Of a stretch of 64,000 nucleotides of DNA, positions 29,403 through 37,513 are shown in pieces (position 1 is the stretch's first letter; each line of letters opens with the position of its first letter). The position numbers and the translations under genes are program-made. Source of the DNA: Actinomycetota bacterium. GTDB taxonomy: Bacteria; Actinomycetota; AC-67. The notes below the pieces were generated by a model. That model saw nothing but the letters and a program-made list of their open reading frames with translations. It ran no database searches and had not been told where the DNA came from. Location of the stretch: the NCBI GenBank assembly GCA_046713235.1, contig JBKKBZ010000116.1, forward strand, positions 2,742-66,741, in the 5' to 3' direction.

Positions 29403-30314
29403 CTCGAGGTAGCGCTCGGCGTCGATAGCCGCCTGACACCCCATGCCGGCAGCGGTCACGGCCTGGCGGTAGATGTGATCGACAACGTCGCCGCACGCAA
29501 AGACACCCTCCACGCTGGTCGCCATGCGCGGGTGCGCGACCCGGATGTATCCCTCCGCGTTCATCTCGAGCTGGCCTGCGAAAAGCGTGCTGTTGGGGTC
29601 GTGACCGATGGCCACGAAGAGACCCCCGGTCTCGAGGTCGGTGGTGTCGCCCGTTTTCACGTGCCGGAGCCGCAGCCGGTCGACTTTGCCGTTTCCCCCG
29701 AGGACGTCCTCGACAACGGTGTCCCAGATGAAATCGACCTTGGGGTTGGCAAAGGCGCGCTCCTGCATGATCTTCGATGCGCGTAGCTCGTGGCGCCGGT
29801 GCACTACGGTGACCTTGGTTGCAAACCGGGTTAGGAACACAGCCTCTTCGACGGCCGAGTCTCCCCCGCCGGCGACGACGAGCGGAACACCTCGGAAGAA
29901 GAAGCCGTCGCAGGTGGCGCAGGTCGAAACCCCGCGGCCCAGGTACTCGCGCTCGCCTGGAACACCCAGCATCCGGGCGCGCGCGCCCGTGGAGACGATG
30001 AGCGTTTTCCCTTCGTAGGTCGCGTCGCCCGACTCAACGACGAAGGGACGTGTCCCGAGATCCACCCGAGTGGCGTCGGCGGTGATGAACTTGGCACCAA
30101 ACCGCTCCGCCTGCGCGCGGAACTTTTCCATCAGCTCGGGGCCGAGTATGCCGTCGGGGAAGCCGGGATAGTTCTCTACCTCGGTCGTCAGCATCAGCTG
30201 TCCGAGGGGTGTGGCGCCCTCGATGACCAGCGGGTCGAGCTGCGCGCGGGCCGCGTACAGCGCGGCGGTGAGGCCGGCCGGCCCAGAGCCGACGATTATG
30301 ACGTTCTCGGACAT
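29388..30314 (-). CDS. trxB: Thioredoxin reductase
   Basis: FAD motif IIVGSGPAGLTAA and the redox-active CATCDG. Confidence 0.9.
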   Translation of the reverse strand: MSENVIIVGSGPAGLTAALYAARAQLDPLVIEGATPLGQLMLTTEVENYPGFPDGILGPELMEKFRAQAERFGAKFITADATRVDLGTRPFVVESGDATYEGKTLIVSTGARARMLGVPGEREYLGRGVSTCATCDGFFFRGVPLVVAGGGDSAVEEAVFLTRFATKVTVVHRRHELRASKIMQERAFANPKVDFIWDTVVEDVLGGNGKVDRLRLRHVKTGDTTDLETGGLFVAIGHDPNSTLFAGQLEMNAEGYIRVAHPRMATSVEGVFACGDVVDHIYRQAVTAAGMGCQAAIDAERYLESLGH

Positions 30315-30388
30315 ACGAACCTCGCACGTGGGAAGGAAGTCCGAGGATTCTAACGCAGGGGCTTACCCGCCTCTTCCGTGATCCCGGC

Positions 30389-31177
30389 CTAGATCGGGCG
30401 TTGCGCCCAGTAGAGAGTGAAGCAATCCGACGGACGAAGGACCCAGACTTCGGCCCTCGTCGGGCTGCCCTTGGGCGCGACGAAGAAGAGCACGTAGGCT
30501 TCGCGACCTTCGAACGTCGCGACCTCGTAGCGCTGGGGATCAAGCGGCGCATCGGCTCCACGGACGACGTCCTCGGCGCATTCGAGCAGCCCGGGTGGAG
30601 CCGTTGTAAAGGCCGTCCCTGTTTCGTATTCACCCGAGGCGGGACTAGGTATTAGCGTGTCCTTCGAGGTGCTTCTTGCGGTTCCCCTCTCGGTGGACCC
30701 GTCCACGGCAACGGTGCCGAACGCGGCCAGCTCGGCCGAGGCTGAAGCCCGGTCGTAGGTGCGTCCGGCGAGCACGGTGACCTGCTGATCCGAGGCTCCG
30801 GAGGTGTTCTCCCGGAGTGCCGAGTTGCCTCCCTGTCGAGAGACGTCGCGCAGGCTGAGCAGTCCGATCGCCAGCAATCCGGCTGCCGCCGCACCGGCGG
30901 CCCATCCCCAGCGGCGGGTCGCTTTGCTGCGCGCGGGGGAGACGACCGCGAGGCGACGTGCCTCGGCGACCCGGTCGGTGATGAAGGCTGCGGAGACCTC
31001 ATCGAGCGCCACCGGCTCGAGGGAACGCAGGTCGCCGACCGTCGCCCGCAGCGCCTCCAGGGTGCGGCGGCACTCCGCGCACTCGGGGAGGTGATCGTCG
31101 ATGCCGGCGCGGTCGGCGGCGTCGAGCTCTCCGTCGAGATAGGCGGAGAGCAGGTCGAGCTGGTCGTGTTTACTCAT
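30389..31177 (-). CDS. Anti-sigma factor, ZAS-type (HxxxCxxC) with TM segment and extracytoplasmic domain
   Basis: Start at MSKHDQLDLLSAYLDGELD with HLPECAECR. The start overlaps the sigma-factor 3' end. Confidence 0.7.
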   Translation of the reverse strand: MSKHDQLDLLSAYLDGELDAADRAGIDDHLPECAECRRTLEALRATVGDLRSLEPVALDEVSAAFITDRVAEARRLAVVSPARSKATRRWGWAAGAAAAGLLAIGLLSLRDVSRQGGNSALRENTSGASDQQVTVLAGRTYDRASASAELAAFGTVAVDGSTERGTARSTSKDTLIPSPASGEYETGTAFTTAPPGLLECAEDVVRGADAPLDPQRYEVATFEGREAYVLFFVAPKGSPTRAEVWVLRPSDCFTLYWAQRPI

Positions 31178-31769
31178 CGGGTCTCGCCACCTTAGAGGGT
31201 TCTTCCTCCCCCTCGGGTTCCAAGTGCCCGAGAATACGTGCCAATTCGAGCCGGGCACGATGGAGGCGGCTCTTTACCGTCCCGATCGGAATTTTCAAGG
31301 CAAAGGCGACTTCGGAGTAGTCCAGGTCCTCGAGGTCGTGAAGAACGACGACTGCCCGGTGATCCGGGCTCAGCGAGGCGACGCCTCGGCGGACGGCTTG
31401 GGCGCGGTGCGCTGCCAGGGCCAGTTCCTCCGGCCCGGGGCCGGCATCGGCCGTCTCGGGAACGTCGTCGAGCGCAGCGTGGTCGCGCCGGCTGCGGCGG
31501 CGACCGAGGTCCACGGCTGCGTTCACGGCAAGCCGGTGAAGCCAGGTGGTCAGTTTCGCCTCGCCGCGGAACGACCCCAGCGAGCGATAGGCCGTCACGA
31601 ACACTTCCTGGGCCACGTCGAGGGCGTCCTCGTGACGCCCGCACACGCGAAGCGCCACCGCGTACACCCGCGTGCGGTGGCGGGAGACGATCTCATCGAA
31701 GGCGGCAGTTTCCCCGGCGAGATGCCGCCGGACCAGCTCGGGGTCGGTCGCGCGGGTGGGGTCGGTCAT
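31170..31769 (-). CDS. ECF sigma-70 family sigma factor (SigM-like position)
   Basis: Region 2 (DALDVAQEVFVTAYRSLGSF) and region 4 (LDYSEVAFALKIPIGTVKSRLHRAR). 199 aa. Confidence 0.85.
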   Translation of the reverse strand: MTDPTRATDPELVRRHLAGETAAFDEIVSRHRTRVYAVALRVCGRHEDALDVAQEVFVTAYRSLGSFRGEAKLTTWLHRLAVNAAVDLGRRRSRRDHAALDDVPETADAGPGPEELALAAHRAQAVRRGVASLSPDHRAVVVLHDLEDLDYSEVAFALKIPIGTVKSRLHRARLELARILGHLEPEGEEEPSKVARPDE

Positions 31770-31776
31770 CGACGCC

Positions 31777-32943
31777 TCAGCCGCCGTCGTTCACGTATAC
31801 CCGCTCGATGTGGGAGCCCACGAGCAGGCGGCGGGCCTCGATGCGCACGACGTCTCCCACGGCCACTCCCGGAACGTCGCCGACATCGACGGTTGCTTGC
31901 TGCATCGAGATTCGTCCGACGACGGGCGCCCGTCCGCCGCGTACCGTAACCGCGCGCGGGGACGAGCGACGGCCGGCGACGATCGCCGCGACGCGCAAGC
32001 CGGCTCGCGCCGCTTCCGACCAGGATTCGGTTCGGGCGGCAGGCTCGAGGCCGAATCCGTCGGCGTATCCGACCGGGATGGTGGCAACTCGCGTCGGCCG
32101 CCCGGCGCGCCACTCGCTCCCGTACCCGACACCTTCGCCGGTTGCGACCGTTCGCAGGCTGACGATGCGTGCGAACCAAGAGAACGGATCCTCCAGCGGC
32201 ATCGGTGCGCGAACGTGCGGAGGATCGAGACCGTATAGGAGCGTTCCCACGCGCACCATGTCGTAGCGCGCCTCCGGGTGGGCAATCGTCGCCGCGGAGT
32301 TTGCCGCATGGAGGATGGTCCGGGCGGCTCTCTTTCCCAGCGCCGTCCGGACGCGCTCGAAGGCCGCGATCTGAGGAGAGGCCGACGCGGTCCCGGCGGC
32401 CGCGAAGTGGGTCCAGATACCTTCGAGCGAAATGTGGTCATCCCCGGCCGCCCGGCCGGCAACGACCACCGCGTCGTTGGGCGAAACCCCCAGGCGTCCC
32501 ATTCCGGTGTTGACCTTCATGTGGACATGCGCGCGCTTCCCGCCGGCCTCGGCGGCAGCCGAGATGGGACCGAGATCTTCGGATGAGGCGACGCATAGGG
32601 TGAGGTCGAGGGCGATCGCGTCGCGGATCAGGTCTGCCGGAATCGGAGTGAGCAGCAGGACGGGCGTGGAGATCCCCGCTGTGCGGAGCTCGCGTGCCTC
32701 TTCCCATCGGGTGACCGCGAGCATGCGAGCCCCGGCGTCGGCCAACGTGCGCGCGACGGCAACGAGCCCGTGGCCGTAAGCGTTGGCCTTCACCACGGCG
32801 CACACGGGAACGCCGGCGTGTGCCGCAACGGCCGCAAAGTTGTTGCGTATGGCGTCGAGCGAGATCTCGATCCACGTGGACGCACCCCGGGGGATCCGCC
32901 CGGCATCACCGGGAGATCCAAGGTCAGTCGGCGAGCGAGCCAC
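31777..32943 (-). CDS. alr: Alanine racemase
   Basis: PLP-lysine motif AVVKANAYGHG. 388 aa. Confidence 0.85.
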   Translation of the reverse strand: MARSPTDLGSPGDAGRIPRGASTWIEISLDAIRNNFAAVAAHAGVPVCAVVKANAYGHGLVAVARTLADAGARMLAVTRWEEARELRTAGISTPVLLLTPIPADLIRDAIALDLTLCVASSEDLGPISAAAEAGGKRAHVHMKVNTGMGRLGVSPNDAVVVAGRAAGDDHISLEGIWTHFAAAGTASASPQIAAFERVRTALGKRAARTILHAANSAATIAHPEARYDMVRVGTLLYGLDPPHVRAPMPLEDPFSWFARIVSLRTVATGEGVGYGSEWRAGRPTRVATIPVGYADGFGLEPAARTESWSEAARAGLRVAAIVAGRRSSPRAVTVRGGRAPVVGRISMQQATVDVGDVPGVAVGDVVRIEARRLLVGSHIERVYVNDGG

Positions 32944-34012
32944 CGCTGCCTCGCAGAGCCTTGAGCGCTCTCATTGCCACCGGCGCACCGTATCGCCATC
33001 CTCGGTACATCACCGAACGCAGCGGGAGGTCCAGCTCGCCGACGTACTCCACGTAGCGCGCGCCGAACCCGGCCTTGAACCGATTCAGCCCGGCAAGGTG
33101 CTCTTCGGTCGGCTTGCCGTTACGCATGGGCGACACCCCGCGAAAATCGTAGGTCTGAAAGCCTCGGTCGTGCGCCCAGCGGATCATCGTCCACTGGAGC
33201 AGATGATTCGGCATGACGTTGCGATCCCGGCTCGACGAGGCGCCGTAGGTATACGTCGCGCGAGACCCGAACGTGAGCAGCATCGCCCCGGCGATCGCGC
33301 GACCCTCGTACCGCGCGAGGAACATCGCGAGCCGGCCGGCCGGCGTCAGGACGTCGACCAGGCGCTCGAAGTACTCGCGGCCGCGAATGAGGAAATGGTC
33401 CCTGCGCGCCGTCTCGAGCAGCAGGTCGTAGAAGACCGGAAGTTCGTCTCGTCCGGCCTCGGAAACTTCCACTCCCTTTCGCTCGGCCAGCCGGATGTTG
33501 TACTTCCATTTCTTGTGGAACCCTTCGTGCACGCTGTCGATGCCGGGGGCGAGATCGAGGACCATGACCGCGCGCGGTTGTACGCCACCGAATCGTCCCG
33601 CCCCCGACGGACGAAAACCTGCGGCCGCCAGGGCACCCGCTTCCGCGATGCCCATCGGAATCGGAGGATCACACTTCAAGAGGATTGCCTTTCCCGCTCG
33701 CCGCTCGACCTCGGCAAGTATTGCCCCAAGAGCCTCTGGTTGCCGGTAATCGAGCACCGGGCCACGCGGACAGTACAGAATCGGAGGCGCCCCACGAACC
33801 GGTCTCGTTTCCAGAACCTGAGCCGCTGCGACGATCCCGTGGCCGCCTTGGACGAGGATCCGATGGGGGACCCAGCCGCCGGTGCGCTTGACCTCCCCCC
33901 AGGCGAAGGATTGGAGAACGTCGGCGAAGGGCGAGCGCGCAACGAAGTCGTCGTAGAGATCCCTCTCGTGCTCGCCGGCGATGCGGGGCCGCAAGGCCCC
34001 TGAGTCGATCAA
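32924..34012 (-). CDS. FemAB/FemX-family peptidoglycan bridge-forming aminoacyltransferase-like protein
   Basis: FemAB-like core (FLQSFAWGEVK...KWKYNIRLAERKG...ATYTYGASS). Start set at TTG 34012 overlapping the upstream stop (TTGA). The ORF track extends to 34222 within the neighbouring gene. Confidence 0.65.
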   Translation of the reverse strand: MIDSGALRPRIAGEHERDLYDDFVARSPFADVLQSFAWGEVKRTGGWVPHRILVQGGHGIVAAAQVLETRPVRGAPPILYCPRGPVLDYRQPEALGAILAEVERRAGKAILLKCDPPIPMGIAEAGALAAAGFRPSGAGRFGGVQPRAVMVLDLAPGIDSVHEGFHKKWKYNIRLAERKGVEVSEAGRDELPVFYDLLLETARRDHFLIRGREYFERLVDVLTPAGRLAMFLARYEGRAIAGAMLLTFGSRATYTYGASSSRDRNVMPNHLLQWTMIRWAHDRGFQTYDFRGVSPMRNGKPTEEHLAGLNRFKAGFGARYVEYVGELDLPLRSVMYRGWRYGAPVAMRALKALRGSGGSLAD

Positions 34013-35397
34013 CCTGCCGCCTCGAATGTGATTTCGGCGACGGCGGCCTGGAACGGGAGGTTGCTTCCCGAGCCGGCGTTGGCAAGCTCCGTTATCCACA
34101 GCAGCCAGTAACGACCCTGGTTTTCCCCGGACGGCTTCACCGCGCCGTCGGAGCTGGCCGTAAACGACGCGACGACCCTGTAGTCGGCCGCAGACCCTCC
34201 GGCCGCGCCGGAGACTCGCCATTCACCACGCCAGCCGGCGATGGGGCTGCGCAGACGGATCGTATCGACGCGCACGTTGGCTCCGAGATCGAAGAGCAGG
34301 CCGACGCCGGGCTTGGAGCCGCCGAGGTTTGCCGACGCGTAGCCCACAGTCGTCCATGCGCTGGTGGCGTCACCGTCGAGAACCAGCGCTACCTTTTCGG
34401 GGTGTTCGCTGCCGTTTCCGGGATTCGGGTCGAAGTCCCGGACGGCTGCCACGGATAGCGCCCCCCGGGGCGAAGGGGAAGGGGATGCCGCGCCCTCGCG
34501 TCGCTGGGGAAGGAGCTTCGCAACGGTCAAGCCGGCGACGATCGCCCCGGCCGCGACGCCGAGGAACAACAAGAGCGCGAGCAACCACCGGCCCTCCGTT
34601 CGCAGGTAGCCCGGCTCCCGAGCGGCCGGCGGTGCCTTGGGGGCTGCGAACGGCTCGACTGCGTCGAGAAAGCTCGGCAGGTCCGAGTGCCCACCGAGAG
34701 CGCGTTCGACGGCCGAAGCGAGTTCCGCAGTCACCCCGCGCGATCCTGTCAGGGAGGTGCCCGGTGTGTTGGGCGGGCGGCCGGTGAGCATGTGGACGGT
34801 GAGAGCGGCCAGTGCCCGAAGGTCTGCCTCTGCCGGCTCCTTCGGATCGGGACCTGGGTACCCCTCCGGCTGTACCGGTGGATCGGCCGGCTCTCCTCGC
34901 GCTCCTCCGGCAAGCATCGCAACCTCCACCAGGCCGGGTCCGAGCAGCTTGGCTCGGCCTTCCTCGTCGAATGCCACCCAGGCCGGACCGATGGCGCCGT
35001 GCGTCCGCCCCGCTTGATGAAGGACCCGGAGCGCGGCCCCGACACTGGATGCCACCCGCGCCGCCTCGGCAACCGGGAGCGTGCCGTCGCGCAGCCGCTC
35101 GGCGAGCCGCCCGCCCGTCGGGTGCTCGGTGACCAGGTACGGCGGATCGTCGCCGCAGTCGTAGATCTGCACCAGACGCCGGTCGACGAGCTGGGCGTCC
35201 CGTGCGGCGATGCGCAGAAGCGCCTCGCGGGTCCCGGCATCGCCGGCAACATCGGGACCCAGCATGTGAACGAGCACCGGCCGGTTCAGGACGGTGTCGC
35301 GCGCCTCCCAAACCGGCCCGGCCGGCGCCGGCCACGCCAGACGTTCCACGCGGTAACGCCCCGCGATCACGGTGCCGGTTCGCACGACGTCTTTCAT
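34009..35397 (-). CDS. Pseudokinase-TM-extracellular domain protein (homolog of the C-terminal module of mycobacterial MviN/MurJ)
   Basis: Kinase-like fold with degenerate catalytic residues (VLVHML replaces VAxK; HQAGRTHGAIGPAWVAF replaces HRD-type). Followed by one TM helix (WLLALLLFLGVAAGAIVAGL) and an about 190-aa extracytoplasmic domain. Confidence 0.6.
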   Translation of the reverse strand: MKDVVRTGTVIAGRYRVERLAWPAPAGPVWEARDTVLNRPVLVHMLGPDVAGDAGTREALLRIAARDAQLVDRRLVQIYDCGDDPPYLVTEHPTGGRLAERLRDGTLPVAEAARVASSVGAALRVLHQAGRTHGAIGPAWVAFDEEGRAKLLGPGLVEVAMLAGGARGEPADPPVQPEGYPGPDPKEPAEADLRALAALTVHMLTGRPPNTPGTSLTGSRGVTAELASAVERALGGHSDLPSFLDAVEPFAAPKAPPAAREPGYLRTEGRWLLALLLFLGVAAGAIVAGLTVAKLLPQRREGAASPSPSPRGALSVAAVRDFDPNPGNGSEHPEKVALVLDGDATSAWTTVGYASANLGGSKPGVGLLFDLGANVRVDTIRLRSPIAGWRGEWRVSGAAGGSAADYRVVASFTASSDGAVKPSGENQGRYWLLWITELANAGSGSNLPFQAAVAEITFEAAG

Positions 35398-35444
35398 TTG
35401 GATAAACGCACCCTCCCAGCGCGGCGGGTAATGTCGAGAGACGG

Positions 35445-35834
35445 TCAGACGGAAAATGCTCGCGCGCTCGAACGCACCCTGACGAACCTCCTGAGTGGTC
35501 CGATTCGGTGAATGAAGAGGGTCTTGGCCTCCCTGGCTACGGTGACATTGACCCGCTCCTGGCCGCCTGCTCCTGCGTCGTCCGCAGAGAACCCGACGAG
35601 AACGGATCCCTCTCGGCGGACGATCTTCTCGGCTTCCGCACGTGCCGCCCGAACGTCGCGCGAATGCGCGAAAACGCCGACTGCCTCCTGGGCGGCGGTT
35701 CGGGAGGCGTTGTCCGCGCCGACGTTGGCGATCACGATTGCCGCGCCCTCAAAGAGCAGCACGCCGGCGACGGCCAGCCCGACGAATACCCGAAGGAACC
35801 ATCCGATGAGGATGCCGCCGCGCTCGCCGCTCAC
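35445..35834 (-). CDS. TadE-like/pilus-assembly-like small membrane protein
   Basis: N-terminal ERGGILIGWFLRVFVGLAVAGVLLFEG resembles the TadE N-terminus. Start overlaps the murJ stop. Confidence 0.35.
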   Translation of the reverse strand: MSGERGGILIGWFLRVFVGLAVAGVLLFEGAAIVIANVGADNASRTAAQEAVGVFAHSRDVRAARAEAEKIVRREGSVLVGFSADDAGAGGQERVNVTVAREAKTLFIHRIGPLRRFVRVRSSARAFSV

Positions 35835-37513
35835 ACCCTCGATCCTCGCACGAAACGCGCGAGTACGGTGCGAACCAGGGGGCGCGACTCCTCCATGCGC
35901 AGCAGCACGGCAAGTCCGGCATAGACGGCGATCCCGGACGCCACACCCGCCGCAACCTCCAGCATCTGCCCGGAGAGCGCGGTCGTATCGACGGCATCGG
36001 CCACTGCGCGCGAAGCGGCCCAGGCCACCGCTCCGGTCGCGGCGGACGCACCGAGAATCTTGGCGTGGCTTACGGCCACCCGGCGCCCGTCGATGCCGCC
36101 CAGCTTGCGCCGGAGAATCGCACCACCGATCACCGCGGCCAGGAGGTACGACGCGGCGTGCCCCAGGGCGAGACCCGGGACGCCCAGCGCGGCAAACAGC
36201 GGGAAGTTGACCACGATGTTGAACGCGGTCGACCAGAAGTTGATCAGCCAGGGCGTCCTCGTATCCTGCCGGGCATAGAGCGCTCGCGTTTGCTGTTGAA
36301 ACACGGCGAAGCCACCGAGTCCGAGCGCCATGAACGCGAGCGTGTCGGCTAAGAGTTCCGTGGATCCCCGCGAGAACACCCCATGCTCGAGAAGGAGCCT
36401 GACGATGGGCGTGGCGAGGGCGACGAACCCGGCCGCGGCCGGCAGCACGACGAAGGAGGTCATGCGCGTGCCGGTGGAGAGGTCCCGGATGAAGCTCGTC
36501 CTGTCGCCCCGTACGTGATGCGCCGAGAGCGCCGGGATCAGGGCTGTGAAGACGCTAACCGCAAAGATGCCGTACGGCAGCTGATACAGCGCGTAGGCGC
36601 CTAGAAACGCCGTCACCCCGCCGTTCACTCGGTTCGCCAGGGCGAAAACCATCCAGAGCCCGACCTGATTGATCGCGACGAAGGCAAGCGAGTACTTGGC
36701 GAGATGCCCGACGCGGCGGACGGCGGGATGTCGCCACTCCCACGCACGGAAGCTGTACCGGCCGGGCAGTTGACGAATGTACGGCCACAAGATGAGCGTC
36801 ATCACGACGACCCCCAGCGTCGTCCCCCCTCCCAACAAGAGCTTGTCGGCCGTCGTCAGATCGGTGAGCTGGAGGATCCCTTCCGGGTTCTTGATCCGGA
36901 AGGCAACAAACGTGGCCGCGACGATCACGTTGTTCAAGACCGGAGCAAACATCGGCGGCGCGAAACGCCGGTGTGCCGTGAGGAGGCCCGTCAGCACGGC
37001 GCCTGCGGCGTAGAAGATCATTTGGGGCATCAACAGCCGCAGCAGAAACGCACCGATTTCGTTCTGCTGGGAGCGCAAAGGCTCGGGCGCGCGGAAGGTG
37101 TACATCCGGATAAGCCAGGGAGCGGCGAGCACCGTCACGACGACCAGTGCCGCGGCCGCCACCACCGCAAGATTGAGAATCGTTGAGGCCAGCCGCCAGG
37201 ACTCGTCACGGTCCCGCGTGGTGAGATACTCGACGAAGACCGGAACGAAAACGGTTGCGAGAATCTCTCCCAGGATCAGTTGGTACACGACGTTGGGTAG
37301 GTTGTTTGCCAGGTTGTACGTGTCGGGGACCTTCGATTCGACCCCTCCGATTGCCCAGGCCATCACCGAAAGCCGCACGAAGCCGGTCGCCCGGGACAGC
37401 GTGGTGCCGACGCTCATCACTGCGGTCGCCCTCGTTAGCGAGATTCCGGCGTGCAGGTCCGGGGCCTCCGGGGCGGCAGGCTCGGGCGCGGCCGGGCGAT
37501 CCGCTTCGCTCAC
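35831..37513 (-). CDS. murJ: Lipid II flippase MurJ/MviN (membrane domain only)
   Basis: 560 aa with about 14 TM segments and the MurJ pattern. No fused kinase-like domain. Confidence 0.85.
   Translation of the reverse strand: MSEADRPAAPEPAAPEAPDLHAGISLTRATAVMSVGTTLSRATGFVRLSVMAWAIGGVESKVPDTYNLANNLPNVVYQLILGEILATVFVPVFVEYLTTRDRDESWRLASTILNLAVVAAAALVVVTVLAAPWLIRMYTFRAPEPLRSQQNEIGAFLLRLLMPQMIFYAAGAVLTGLLTAHRRFAPPMFAPVLNNVIVAATFVAFRIKNPEGILQLTDLTTADKLLLGGGTTLGVVVMTLILWPYIRQLPGRYSFRAWEWRHPAVRRVGHLAKYSLAFVAINQVGLWMVFALANRVNGGVTAFLGAYALYQLPYGIFAVSVFTALIPALSAHHVRGDRTSFIRDLSTGTRMTSFVVLPAAAGFVALATPIVRLLLEHGVFSRGSTELLADTLAFMALGLGGFAVFQQQTRALYARQDTRTPWLINFWSTAFNIVVNFPLFAALGVPGLALGHAASYLLAAVIGGAILRRKLGGIDGRRVAVSHAKILGASAATGAVAWAASRAVADAVDTTALSGQMLEVAAGVASGIAVYAGLAVLLRMEESRPLVRTVLARFVRGSRV

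Noticed and set aside
32783-34003. 406-aa plus-strand ORF antisense to the femAB-like gene
   Set aside because: It is a shadow ORF. The opposite strand has clear FemAB-family motifs.
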